Assembly: GCA_050253335.1 (NCBI GenBank)
Contig: JBFWJG010000011.1
Span: forward strand, 1 to 49,807
Direction of reading: 5' to 3'
Length of the DNA: 49,807 bases
DNA from: Deferribacterales bacterium
GTDB lineage: Bacteria > Chrysiogenota > Deferribacteres > Deferribacterales > Geovibrionaceae
The position numbers and the translations under genes are program-made. Positions 27,098 to 36,450 of the stretch are shown here, in pieces. How positions within the stretch are numbered: position 1 is the stretch's first letter; every line of letters begins with the position of its first letter. The notes below the pieces were generated by a model. That model saw only the letters and a list, made by a program, of their open reading frames with translations, did no database searches and was not told where the DNA came from.

Positions 27098-27818
27098 CAA
27101 AGCGGCGGACTGTTACGATTCCTCCGCGGATATACAGAAAATAGTCGCATCAAAACTTATCAGCCTCACGGACGCAGACAAACCTGATACTGCAATTGAG
27201 ATAGGTACGGGAAGCGGAATTTTCACGGGGATTTTCCTGGAAAAATGCAGTCCCGCACGCTTCATAGGTCTTGATATAGCTTATTCCATGTCAAAAGCAT
27301 CCTCATCATTCCCCGGCCTGTTTATTCAGGCAGACGGCGAGAGACTGCCCCTGAAGAACGGATGTGCGGATGTTCTGGTCAGTTCATCCGTGGTGCAGTG
27401 GTTTCAGCAGCCGGAAAAATCTGTCCCCGCCGCCCTTGATGTCCTCAGAAAAGGCGGCAGGTTTTACTTCTCCGTATTCTGCGACGGCACTTTCACCGAA
27501 ATGGCGGTGCTTAACAAAATAACCGGATTCGGCAGTGTTTACCCGCTGAAAACCGCGGAATTTTACGACAGTCTTTTTTCCGGAACAACAGGCGTAAAGC
27601 ATCAGCTTGAGATTCATGACTATGTGCTGAAATTTTCCGGCGTGAAAGAATTCCTGAAAAAGCAGAAGGCAACCGGAGCCAGATTCACCGGAAGAAAAGC
27701 CGCAGCGGGAAAAGACTCCTACCGCAGGTTCTGCGAGCTTTATGAATCGTTCTTCGGCGACGGTGAAACAATTCCCGTAACCTACCGCATCGCGTATATA
27801 ACCGGAACAAAGGACTGA
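27069..27818 (+). CDS. bioC: Malonyl-ACP O-methyltransferase
   Basis: 'FDKAADCYD..ADIQ', 'EIGTGSG', 'ADGERLP', 'SSSVVQW', 'TY'; located in the bio cluster. Confidence 0.9.
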   Translation: MKIHIKRFFDKAADCYDSSADIQKIVASKLISLTDADKPDTAIEIGTGSGIFTGIFLEKCSPARFIGLDIAYSMSKASSSFPGLFIQADGERLPLKNGCADVLVSSSVVQWFQQPEKSVPAALDVLRKGGRFYFSVFCDGTFTEMAVLNKITGFGSVYPLKTAEFYDSLFSGTTGVKHQLEIHDYVLKFSGVKEFLKKQKATGARFTGRKAAAGKDSYRRFCELYESFFGDGETIPVTYRIAYITGTKD

Positions 27819-28352
27819 TCAGAAAAGCCCGAGCACCCTTCTTCTGTACTCCGTTTCTGAATAAATATCCGAACAGTCGGCAACACGCAGAGGGAAAAGA
27901 ATGCCCTCAAGATGGTCAAACTCGTGCTGAAAAATACGGGCGGGAAACCCCTGAAGACACACTTCCCTCACCAGCCCTTTCAGATCCGAGCAGCGGACGC
28001 TGACCCCGGTCTGTCTCGGCACAAGACCCCTGAGCCCGGGAACACTGAGACAGCCTTCCCACATGGTGTCGAAGCATTCGGAAAATGATATTATCTCAGG
28101 ATTAACCATGATAAGGGGTTCCATATCGGGAGCGTCGGGATAGCGTTCGTTAGGCTGGGAATGGATTATGAGAACACGCTTCGACACCCTTATCTGAGGG
28201 GCGGCAATCCCCACCCCTCCGTGGGTTTTCATCGCTATCAGCATGTCTTTCGCGAGCTGTTTTATCAGAGGGGAGGCGGGATCCTCAACCTCTTCGGCTC
28301 TGAGTCCCAGAACCTTCTCTCCTCTGAGCGCTATGCTTATATGTTCGGGCAT
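27819..28352 (-). CDS. def: Peptide deformylase
   Basis: Motifs 'GVGIAAPQ', 'EGCLS', 'QHEFDHLEG'; SD GAGGAG before ATG 28352. Confidence 0.97.
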   Translation of the reverse strand: MPEHISIALRGEKVLGLRAEEVEDPASPLIKQLAKDMLIAMKTHGGVGIAAPQIRVSKRVLIIHSQPNERYPDAPDMEPLIMVNPEIISFSECFDTMWEGCLSVPGLRGLVPRQTGVSVRCSDLKGLVREVCLQGFPARIFQHEFDHLEGILFPLRVADCSDIYSETEYRRRVLGLF

Positions 28353-28414
28353 ATGGTTTCTCCTCGGGTAAATTATAATATACCCCAAAGAGAAAATCTG
28401 TCCACGGTGTATGC

Positions 28415-28549
28415 CTAGTTTTCGTGCCTGCTTCCGCCGCAGCAGCTTTTTCCGTCGCCGCAGCCGCAGCCCTTGCTCTTAAAAAATTTGCAGTAAAGGA
28501 AATATACCGCTCCGGCCAGTATCACGGCCAGAATAAGTTTCTCAATCAT
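28415..28549 (-). CDS. Small Cys-rich membrane protein (FeoB-associated Cys-rich type), 44 aa
   Basis: Hand-translated MIEKLILAVILAGAVYFLYCKFFKSKGCGCGDGKSCCGGSRHEN; SD AAGGTG; absent from the ORF track. Confidence 0.8.
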   Translation of the reverse strand: MIEKLILAVILAGAVYFLYCKFFKSKGCGCGDGKSCCGGSRHEN

Positions 28550-28667
28550 GATTCACCTTCTTAGAAATATCTAACTCTATACATCTATATCCCTGTTGTC
28601 CGGATACTGCAACATCAAATTTTTAAAAATTTTTCAATTAAATCATGCTTAACTGATGAAATCAGTG

Positions 28668-28687
28668 GTATATTGTATACAATATAC
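28668..28687. promoter_or_regulatory. Perfect 20-bp palindrome, GntR-type operator candidate
   Basis: GTATATTGTATACAATATAC, with a degenerate second copy ATTGTTTACAATAT at 28782-28795. Confidence 0.6.
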
Positions 28688-28836
28688 ATTAACATGTATC
28701 AGCTATAGGTTTTTAAGATATATTTCATATATAAACCCTATACCGAACTATACATTCTTTTCGGTATAACTGACTATTTGCATTGTTTACAATATCTTAA
28801 AAAATAAAACTCCCCATGCGGGTTTTCCGAAAAATA

Positions 28837-28864
28837 TTGACTACACCTTCAAAACTGATACTAT
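28837..28864 (+). promoter_or_regulatory. Putative sigma70 promoter of the mrp operon
   Basis: TTGACT-N16-TACTAT with a TG extension. Confidence 0.55.
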
Positions 28865-28892
28865 AAACCTGTTTTGTTTTTAAGGAGCGGGG

Positions 28893-29375
28893 ATGACATT
28901 CATATTCACATTTCTGATGCTTTTCATCTTCTGGTTCATGTTATCAGGAGAATTCGGCGGGCTTCTGGTGGCTTTTGCGGTGGTTTTCAGCCTTCTGGCC
29001 GCATATCTAAGCCATGACTTCTTTCTGCGCAGCCTCAGGAAAGACCACATAAGGGTCGTTAAGGATTTTATCCTTTATCTTCCTTGGCTTATGAAAGAAA
29101 CAATAGTTGCTAACATTCAGGTGGTTAAAATAATCCTGAGCCCTTCACTCCCCATTGACCCTCAGGTTGTGGAATTTAAGTCCGACCTGAAGAGCGATCT
29201 GGGGCTGACTATTCTGGCGAACTCCATAACGATTACGCCGGGAACAGTCACTCTGGACATCAGGGAGGACAATGTTTTTGTTGTTCACGCTTTAACGCCT
29301 GAACATGCGGACGGTCTCCTTAACAGGGAGATGGAGCGCAGGGTGCTTAAAATTGAGGGTAACGGAAATGTTTGA
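28893..29375 (+). CDS. mnhE: Mrp/Mnh Na+/H+ antiporter subunit E
   Basis: 'ANIQV...IL.P', 'LANSITITPGTVTLD', 'VHAL'. Confidence 0.95.
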   Translation: MTFIFTFLMLFIFWFMLSGEFGGLLVAFAVVFSLLAAYLSHDFFLRSLRKDHIRVVKDFILYLPWLMKETIVANIQVVKIILSPSLPIDPQVVEFKSDLKSDLGLTILANSITITPGTVTLDIREDNVFVVHALTPEHADGLLNREMERRVLKIEGNGNV

Positions 29376-29622
29376 AACCGCAGCGGTAATCATCCTTCTC
29401 TCTGTGTTTATCTCCGGAGCCAGGCTTCTCAAGGGGCCCACAGTTTTTGACAGGATTCTGGCAGCCAACCTGATAGGCACAAAGGCAATCATCATCATCC
29501 TTCTTCTCGGATACATATACGGCAGACCTCATTTCTCGGATCTCGCCCTTGTTTACGCACTGATCAACTTCATTGCAACCATTGCCCTGCTCCGCTTTAT
29601 GGAGAGGGGCAGGCTGGACTAG
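29368..29622 (+). CDS. mnhF: Mrp/Mnh subunit F
   Basis: 'RLLKGPTVFDRILA', 'DLALVYALINFIATIA'. Confidence 0.95.
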   Translation: MFETAAVIILLSVFISGARLLKGPTVFDRILAANLIGTKAIIIILLLGYIYGRPHFSDLALVYALINFIATIALLRFMERGRLD

Positions 29623-29631
29623 GGGGAAATC

Positions 29632-29940
29632 ATGGAGTTAAAAATAATTTTAAGCGGAATCTTTATTTTTGTGGGCTGTTTTTTCGTGGTCACCGCATCA
29701 ATAGGGATACTGAGGCTCCCCGGCTTCTACCTCAGACTGCACGCGGGCAGCAAAGCAGACTCCCTCGGACAGACACTGGTGATAATCGGTCTGATGATTT
29801 ACGAAGGGTTCAACATACTCAGTCTTAAAATGCTGTTCGTCATAATCTTCATATACATAGCAAACCCCACAGCCGCACACGCAATCGCGAAAGCCGCATG
29901 GGTGGAAGGGGTTAAGCCCTGGAGGAAGAAACATGATTAA
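29632..29940 (+). CDS. mnhG: Mrp/Mnh subunit G
   Basis: 'GILRLPGFYLRLHAGSKADSLG', 'NPTAAHAIAKAA'. Confidence 0.95.
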   Translation: MELKIILSGIFIFVGCFFVVTASIGILRLPGFYLRLHAGSKADSLGQTLVIIGLMIYEGFNILSLKMLFVIIFIYIANPTAAHAIAKAAWVEGVKPWRKKHD

Positions 29941-30466
29941 TCTTATGCTGCTTCTCTTCCTTGTGGTTTTGGCTGTTGCCGCCATTCAGGCAAAGGATAT
30001 CCTCAACTCGATAATGTATCTGGGAGCATACAGTCTTTTCATGGCGCTGGTGTGGACGGAGCTTAACGCTGTCGATGTCGCTTTCACAGAGGCCGCCGTG
30101 GGCGCCGGAGTCTCCGGTGTTTTTATGATTGCGGCGCTCACAAGGATGAACCGTTTCGAATCATCCAGAGAAAGAACAAAAACGGCAAAATACACATCAA
30201 TGTTTATTGTAGCCGTTACCGCGGCAATGCTTTTCTACGCCACGGCTGACATGCCAGCGTACAATGATCCCGAAGCTCCCATACACAGGCATGTAGCCCC
30301 TTACTACATAGAAAACTCTCTGCATGAAACAGGTTCGCTTAACATAGTGACATCTGTTCTCGCCAGCTACAGAGGCTTTGATACCCTCGGTGAAACAACT
30401 GTTGTGTTCACCGCCGCAATCTCCGTTATTCTGCTTTTGAGAAGGAGGGATAAAAATGAAAGATGA
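29933..30466 (+). CDS. Mrp subunit, DUF4040 / MnhB-related (MrpA C-terminal fragment)
   Basis: 'AVDVAFTEAAVGAG', 'NIVTSVLASYRGFDTLGE'. Confidence 0.92.
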   Translation: MINLMLLLFLVVLAVAAIQAKDILNSIMYLGAYSLFMALVWTELNAVDVAFTEAAVGAGVSGVFMIAALTRMNRFESSRERTKTAKYTSMFIVAVTAAMLFYATADMPAYNDPEAPIHRHVAPYYIENSLHETGSLNIVTSVLASYRGFDTLGETTVVFTAAISVILLLRRRDKNER

Positions 30467-30878
30467 TGTAATACTGCGGACCGTAGCGAGGTTTATGGTT
30501 CCGTTTATCCTTCTGTTCGCCCTCTATGTTCAGGCACACGGGGAGATAAGCCCCGGCGGAGGGTTTCAGGCAGGAGTTATCTTCGCATCCGCCTTCATCC
30601 TCATAGCCCTTGCAGTGGGCAAGGAAAAGGCCAGAGAAAAGTTTAAAAAGAAAATCACCGACCTGACCTGCTCGTTGGGACTAATGATATACGCCGGAAT
30701 AGGGTTCATCACCCTCATTTTCGGAGGCTTGTTTCTGGAATACGGCAAGCTCCCCTTCGGCTCCGCAGAGAAAGGGAACCACCTCGGCATGGTAGGCATA
30801 GAGCTGGGAGTGGGCATAGCTGTCGCCTCGGTAATGGTTACTATATTCTTTGAGATTGCGAGGAAGGACGATGATTGA
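30456..30878 (+). CDS. mnhB: Mrp/Mnh subunit B
   Basis: 'HGEISPGGGFQAG', 'IELGVG'. Confidence 0.93.
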   Translation: MKDDVILRTVARFMVPFILLFALYVQAHGEISPGGGFQAGVIFASAFILIALAVGKEKAREKFKKKITDLTCSLGLMIYAGIGFITLIFGGLFLEYGKLPFGSAEKGNHLGMVGIELGVGIAVASVMVTIFFEIARKDDD

Positions 30879-31251
30879 TTTTATTGCCGCAAAATACAAC
30901 TACCTTATTGTGGTATGCCTTATGATGATCGGTTTTTACGCCGTCATCGCAAAGCAGAATCTTATGAAAAAGGTTATCGGATTAAGCATATTCCAGACAT
31001 CTGTCTTCCTTTTTTATATCTCCATGGCCAAGGTTCAGGACGGCACGGCGCCCATCGTTTGGGACGGAGCTGTCAGGTATGACAACCCCCTGCCCCATGT
31101 TCTGATACTCACGGCGATTGTTGTTTCCGTGAGCACCACCGCTGTCGCCATAGCACTTATGATAAAAATTTATAAAGCATACGGAACCATAGAAGACGAC
31201 AAGATAAGAGAAATCGAAGCCGGAGAATCCGGCGGGAGCGCAGGCAGATGA
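30871..31251 (+). CDS. mnhC: Mrp/Mnh subunit C
   Basis: 'NLMKKVIGL', 'NPLPHVLILTAIVV', 'YGT'. Confidence 0.95.
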   Translation: MIDFIAAKYNYLIVVCLMMIGFYAVIAKQNLMKKVIGLSIFQTSVFLFYISMAKVQDGTAPIVWDGAVRYDNPLPHVLILTAIVVSVSTTAVAIALMIKIYKAYGTIEDDKIREIEAGESGGSAGR

Positions 31252-32765
31252 ATATAGCCGCTAATTTTCCCGCACTTCTGGTTGCGTTTCCCCTTATATT
31301 CGTGCCCGTAATTCCGCTTCTGGGCATGTACAGCAGAAAAATATGCTGGTATGTTGCCGCAGCGGTAATAACGGCCTCGTTCGCCATGATAATGAGCCTT
31401 CTGGCAAAGGTGAGCACCGAAGGCCCCATATCATACTTCATGGGCAACTGGGCGCCGCCCATCGGCATAGAATACAGAATAGACATGCTGAACGCTTTTG
31501 TTCTGGCTGTTATCTCCTTTATATCCCTCGTCTCCCTCCTTTTCGGCAAGGAGCTTGTGGAAAAGGAAATACCCGAGGACAAGCACCCTGCCTTCTACTC
31601 CGTCTTTGTGCTCTTTGTTGTGGGCATGATGGGCATCACCGTCACGGGCGACCTTTTCAATGTTTATGTTTTCCTTGAGATAACATCTCTCTCCGGTTAC
31701 GCGCTCATAGCCGTAAGCAGCAAGAGATACGCCCCCATGGCAAGCTTCAACTACCTCATAATAGGCACGCTGGCGGCAACCTTCATCGTTATAGGCATCG
31801 GCTATCTTTATATGGTTACAGGCACGCTGAACATGGCGGATCTGTCTGAAAGGGTGAAGCCTCTGCATGATTCAAGCGTGGTTCTTACCGCCTATGCATT
31901 CATCCTTGTGGGGCTGTTCATCAAAATGGCGGTATTCCCGCTCCATCTCTGGCTGCCGGACGCTTACACCTACTCCCCCTCCGCGGTGAGCGCCGCCATG
32001 GCCGCCACATCCACCAAAGTAGGGGCTTATGTGCTCATAAGGCTCATGTACTCAGTGTTTGACATTGAGTTCAGCCTCGGCACAATCCCCATGACAAGCA
32101 TAATAATATTCTTCGCATCGATCTCGATCATAGCCGGTTCGGTGATTGCAATAGCGCAGACAAACATAAAGAAAATGCTCGCATACTCAAGCGTGGGGCA
32201 GATCGGATATATCCTGCTTGCCGCCGCTCTGGTGAACACTGACGCCGTTACAGGGGGCATGGTGCACATATTCAGCCACGCGCTGATGAAAGGCGGTTTG
32301 TTCTTTGTTGTGGGTCTGATTGTGTTCAACATAGGGTCTGAAAGGATAAGGGACTTCGCAGGACTGGGCAGAAGAATGCCCGTGACCGCGTTCGCCTTCA
32401 CTGTTTTCTCGCTCTCCATAATCGGCGTTCCGCTTACCGTAGGGTTTGTAAGCAAGTGGTATCTGGTTCTGGGCGCAATAGGTTCCGGCCACTGGTACAC
32501 CATCGGAGTTATACTCCTCAGCTCACTGCTTACGGCGATATATTTCGGCAAGGTAATTTTTGTGATGTACTTTAAGGGCGGGCATGAAAGCCACGGGCAT
32601 TCATCCAGCTCAGCAGAGCCCAAGCTCAGCGAGCCGATGGGCATGGTTATCCCCATGGTTTTTGTCGCTTTCCTCTGCATATATTTCGGCATTTTTGCCA
32701 CCTTCCCCGTGGAGATGGCCTCCAAAGCCGCTGAAGCCGTTCTCGGAGGTGTGTCATGGAAATGA
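31248..32765 (+). CDS. mnhD: Mrp/Mnh subunit D (copy 1)
   Basis: 'GNWAPPIGI', 'GDLFNVYVFLE', 'FPLHLWLPDAY', 'KKMLAYSS'. Confidence 0.95.
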   Translation: MNIAANFPALLVAFPLIFVPVIPLLGMYSRKICWYVAAAVITASFAMIMSLLAKVSTEGPISYFMGNWAPPIGIEYRIDMLNAFVLAVISFISLVSLLFGKELVEKEIPEDKHPAFYSVFVLFVVGMMGITVTGDLFNVYVFLEITSLSGYALIAVSSKRYAPMASFNYLIIGTLAATFIVIGIGYLYMVTGTLNMADLSERVKPLHDSSVVLTAYAFILVGLFIKMAVFPLHLWLPDAYTYSPSAVSAAMAATSTKVGAYVLIRLMYSVFDIEFSLGTIPMTSIIIFFASISIIAGSVIAIAQTNIKKMLAYSSVGQIGYILLAAALVNTDAVTGGMVHIFSHALMKGGLFFVVGLIVFNIGSERIRDFAGLGRRMPVTAFAFTVFSLSIIGVPLTVGFVSKWYLVLGAIGSGHWYTIGVILLSSLLTAIYFGKVIFVMYFKGGHESHGHSSSSAEPKLSEPMGMVIPMVFVAFLCIYFGIFATFPVEMASKAAEAVLGGVSWK

Positions 32766-34240
32766 TTCACTCTGCAATGCCTCTTTACGCGGTTCTGGTT
32801 TCCCTAGTTGCCATAGTTCCCATTTATCTCTCCCGCAGAAACCCGAACCTGCGCGAAAGCTGGACTATAATAGCCGCTGTCGCCAAGTTCATAATCGTTC
32901 TCAGCATGGTTCCTGCGGTTCTCGGCGGAAAGGAGATATACTTCAAGCTTGTAACCGCCTATCCGGGCATAGATATTGCCTTCAAGGTGGACAGTCTGGG
33001 GCTTTTCTTCGCCCTCACGGCATCTTTCCTGTGGATTCTCACCTCATTCTACTCCATAGGCTATGTCAGGGCGCTTAATGAACACGCGCAGACCAGATAC
33101 TTCATCTGCTTCGCGGGCTCGCTCTCCGTGACCATAGGCGCTGCCTTCGCGGCGAACCTTTTCACTATGTACATATTCTATGAAGCGCTCACGCTCTTCA
33201 CATATCCGCTTATCGCACACGAAGAAAACGAAGAGGCATTCAAAGGGGCGAGGATTTACCTTGTATACCTTCTGGGAACCTCGATCGCGTTCCTTCTTCC
33301 TGCCATAGTGTTCACCTACTTCACCGCAGGAACCATGGATTTCAGGCTGGGCGGAGTTTTCGGCGACACAGGCGGAATACACGGCCTCTTCTTCGGGGTT
33401 ATATTCGCCTTCTACATCGCGGGCATAGCAAAGGCGGGGATAATGCCCTTCCACTCATGGCTGCCCAACGCCATGGTGGCGCCCACACCGGTCAGCTCGC
33501 TTCTGCACGCTGTTGCGGTGGTGAAGATGGGCGTTTTTGTGGTGCTGAGGGTTATTCTTTATGTCTTCGGCGTTGACCTCCTAAAGGAGATAGGCGCGGG
33601 AGCGTTCCTCGCATCCTTTGCGTGCGTCACCATTGTGGTTTCATCCCTGATAGCCATGAGGCAGGACAATATCAAGGCAAGGCTCGCCTACTCCACCATA
33701 AGCCAGCTTTCATACATTGTCGTGGGTGCGGCTCTGCTCTCCCCCTCAGGCATTAAAGCAAGCATAATCCACATAACCATCCACGCCTTCTCGAAGATAA
33801 GCCTCTTCTTCTGGGCGGGTGCGGTTTATGTGGCTCTGCATAAGAAGTACATCAGCCAGATAAGCGGCATAGCCAAGAAAATGCCTGTCTCCATGGCGGT
33901 GTTCACCATAGGCGCACTGAGCCTCATAGGCATACCGCCCCTCTCAGGCTTCATAAGCAAGTATTACTTCGTATCAGGCGCTGTGGAAGCGGGGATGCTC
34001 CCTGTGGCGGTGGTATTCGCGGTGAGCTCGTTCCTCAACGCGCTGTACTTCCTGCCTATCATCTACACGGCGTACATGAAGCCTCTGGATGCGGGCATGG
34101 ACGACAAAATCACCGAAGCTCCCCTCGCAATGCTCATTCCCATGTGCATAACGGCGGGCATAGCTGTGCTTCTGTTCTTCTTCCCGCAGGTTCTCACCGG
34201 CTTCACTGACATAATAGTCAGCGGACTTTTCACAGAGTAG
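32756..34240 (+). CDS. Mrp/Mnh subunit D-family protein (copy 2)
   Basis: 'MPFHSWLPNAMVAPTPVSSLLHAVAVVK', 'KARLAYSTISQL'. Confidence 0.93.
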   Translation: MEMIHSAMPLYAVLVSLVAIVPIYLSRRNPNLRESWTIIAAVAKFIIVLSMVPAVLGGKEIYFKLVTAYPGIDIAFKVDSLGLFFALTASFLWILTSFYSIGYVRALNEHAQTRYFICFAGSLSVTIGAAFAANLFTMYIFYEALTLFTYPLIAHEENEEAFKGARIYLVYLLGTSIAFLLPAIVFTYFTAGTMDFRLGGVFGDTGGIHGLFFGVIFAFYIAGIAKAGIMPFHSWLPNAMVAPTPVSSLLHAVAVVKMGVFVVLRVILYVFGVDLLKEIGAGAFLASFACVTIVVSSLIAMRQDNIKARLAYSTISQLSYIVVGAALLSPSGIKASIIHITIHAFSKISLFFWAGAVYVALHKKYISQISGIAKKMPVSMAVFTIGALSLIGIPPLSGFISKYYFVSGAVEAGMLPVAVVFAVSSFLNALYFLPIIYTAYMKPLDAGMDDKITEAPLAMLIPMCITAGIAVLLFFFPQVLTGFTDIIVSGLFTE

Positions 34241-34249
34241 GAGGGCATT

Positions 34250-34378
34250 ATGGCTGCAAAACACGACAAGGAACTCGAAGAGCTTAAACACGACGCGGTG
34301 CCGGGCTATAAGCCTGTTTTCGGCGCTGTGCTTGCGGCTGCTGTGCTGTACCTCGCTTATATATTTTTATCTCACTAG
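34250..34378 (+). CDS. Small single-TM protein inside the mrp operon (42 aa)
   Basis: Hand-translated MAAKHDKELEELKHDAVPGYKPVFGAVLAAAVLYLAYIFLSH; SD AGGAGG; fills the gap; absent from the ORF track. Confidence 0.8.
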   Translation: MAAKHDKELEELKHDAVPGYKPVFGAVLAAAVLYLAYIFLSH

Positions 34379-34392
34379 GGGGCGGATTAATC

Positions 34393-34644
34393 ATGAAGGA
34401 TACCGAAAAGAAATATATTTTCGATAACCCCCGGAACATAAAGATAATTCTGATTTTTCTCTATGTTCTGTGCGCAGTTATCTTTTTTGCGGATATATTC
34501 GTCCACAAACACGCCTACTTCTTCTTTGAGGAAAAAACAGGCTTTTACGCCGTTTACGGCTTTATATCCTACGTCGGGCTGGTGCTTTTTGCCAAGTATG
34601 TCATCCGCCCGCTGATCATGAGAAAGGAGAACTACTATGAGTAG
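34393..34644 (+). CDS. Small 2-TM protein inside the mrp operon (83 aa)
   Basis: 'FDNPRNI', 'GFYAVYGF', 'RKENYYE'; overlaps the start of the next subunit. Confidence 0.85.
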   Translation: MKDTEKKYIFDNPRNIKIILIFLYVLCAVIFFADIFVHKHAYFFFEEKTGFYAVYGFISYVGLVLFAKYVIRPLIMRKENYYE

Positions 34645-36421
34645 CGGTCTTCTCATTCCTCCTTTTATGTTTTTCATGCTCGGCGGAGTCATTGCGGGCT
34701 TCCTCAAAGGCAATCTGCGCAATGCACTGCTCATTGCCGTTCCGGTGCTGAGCCTTATCAACCTCGCCATGATCCCCCACGGGGTTTACCTCCAGTACGA
34801 GTTTCTGGGGCATGAGCTCGCCCTTTTCAGGGTGGACAAGCTCTCTTTCGTTTTCGGATATGCCTTCCACATAGTTTCCATTGCCGTTCTGGTTTACGGA
34901 ATACATGTGAAAAGCAATAAAGAGTTCATAATAGGCCTCATATACGCGGGCGGCGGTCTGGGCGCGGTTTTCGCCTATGACCTTATAACCCTCTACATCT
35001 TCTGGGAGATAATGACAGTCGCCTCCACCTTCATAATCTGGCGCAAGGACTCTCAGGAGGCTGTGGGAGCGGGCTTCCGCTACTTCATATTCCACCTCGT
35101 TGGCGGGCTCGCACTGCTCATCGGAATCGTGATCTACATCACCACCACGGGCAATGCCGCCTTCGTGCACATGGGCTGGACAGACCTTGCCACCGGGCTT
35201 ATCATGATAGGCTTCGGCGTGAACGCCGCGTGGCCGTTCGTCCACACATGGCTTGTGGATTCATACCCCAAGGCAAGCTTCCTCGGCACTGTAATGCTCA
35301 GCGTGTTCACAACGAAAACAGCTATCTATACCCTCGCCAGAGGCTTCTCCGGCGAAGAGGTGCTCATAGTCACCGGAGCGGTGATGACCGCCTTCCCCAT
35401 ATTCTACGCAGTGCTTGAGAATGACCTGCGCAAGGTTCTCTCATACAGCCTTATCAACCAGCTCGGCTTCATGGTTGTGGGCATCGGCGTGGGAAGCGAG
35501 ATGGCGATAAACGCCGCCGTGGGTCAGGCTTTTGTGCATATAATGTTCAAGTCTCTACTGTTCATGGGCATGGGCGCTGTTCTCCACCAGACAGGCAAAA
35601 TCAAGGCAACAGAGCTCGGCGGGCTTTACAAATACATGCCGTTCACCACGGTTTTCACCATAGTCGGCTCGATGACGATCTCAGCCTTCCCGCTGTTTTC
35701 GGCATTCGTAACAAAATCCATGATCCTGTCATCCGTGGCCACAGAAGGCTTCATGGTAATCTGGCTTGTGCTTCTGTTTGCCTCTGCGGGCGTTCTCGAC
35801 CACTCGGGGATCAAGATTCCGTTCTTTGCCTTCTTCGGGCATGACAGCGGCCTGAAACCCAAGGAAGCGCCCCTTAATATGCTTATGGGCATGGGTTTCC
35901 TCGCGTTCCTGAACATCTTCCTCGGAATTTTTCCGGGCTATCTGTTCCAGATACTCCCCTATGACGTGACATACAACGCATATACCGCAGACCACACAAT
36001 CTTCCAGCTTCAGCTTCTGCTGTTCTCCATACTGGCTTTCACGCTGCTGCTGAGAAGCGGGCTTTACCCTGCGGAGATAAAGTCGGTCAACCTCGATTTC
36101 GACTTTTTCTACAGGAAAGGCTATAAGCTTTTCATATGGCTTGTGGACAACATACTGATCAGGTTCATGGATTTCGGCAAGGCTCTCTTCTTCGGCTATA
36201 TACCGAAAACTCTGGCTCTGCTCACCAGAAACCCTGTGGGGCTTCTGCTTATCATGCTCCCTGACGGCAGATTCAAAGGGCTGAGGGAAAAGATGTCCAA
36301 ATGCGAGGACGGTTATGTTGACGGGCTTATGGAGTATTGGTCAATAGGCGTTTCCGCCCTTGTGATATGCTTCTTCCTGATGTTCTATCTGCTTTTCTTC
36401 CTTGTACAGAAACTTATCTAA
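34637..36421 (+). CDS. Mrp subunit D/A-family protein (copy 3)
   Basis: 'LYIFWE', 'HTWLVDSYP', 'SVFTTKTA', 'ENDLRKVLSYS'; NuoL/M/N-type proton-conducting fold. Confidence 0.92.
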   Translation: MSSGLLIPPFMFFMLGGVIAGFLKGNLRNALLIAVPVLSLINLAMIPHGVYLQYEFLGHELALFRVDKLSFVFGYAFHIVSIAVLVYGIHVKSNKEFIIGLIYAGGGLGAVFAYDLITLYIFWEIMTVASTFIIWRKDSQEAVGAGFRYFIFHLVGGLALLIGIVIYITTTGNAAFVHMGWTDLATGLIMIGFGVNAAWPFVHTWLVDSYPKASFLGTVMLSVFTTKTAIYTLARGFSGEEVLIVTGAVMTAFPIFYAVLENDLRKVLSYSLINQLGFMVVGIGVGSEMAINAAVGQAFVHIMFKSLLFMGMGAVLHQTGKIKATELGGLYKYMPFTTVFTIVGSMTISAFPLFSAFVTKSMILSSVATEGFMVIWLVLLFASAGVLDHSGIKIPFFAFFGHDSGLKPKEAPLNMLMGMGFLAFLNIFLGIFPGYLFQILPYDVTYNAYTADHTIFQLQLLLFSILAFTLLLRSGLYPAEIKSVNLDFDFFYRKGYKLFIWLVDNILIRFMDFGKALFFGYIPKTLALLTRNPVGLLLIMLPDGRFKGLREKMSKCEDGYVDGLMEYWSIGVSALVICFFLMFYLLFFLVQKLI

Positions 36422-36424
36422 CAT

Positions 36425-36450
36425 AAAGGCCGCCTTCGGGCGGCTTTCTT
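36425..36450. terminator. Terminator between convergent genes
   Basis: AAAGGCCGCC-TTCG-GGCGGCTTTCTT. Confidence 0.8.

Noticed and set aside
32027..35245. Long antisense ORFs over the mrp subunits (247, 209 and 136 aa)
   Set aside because: Shadows of hydrophobic coding genes with no independent signals.
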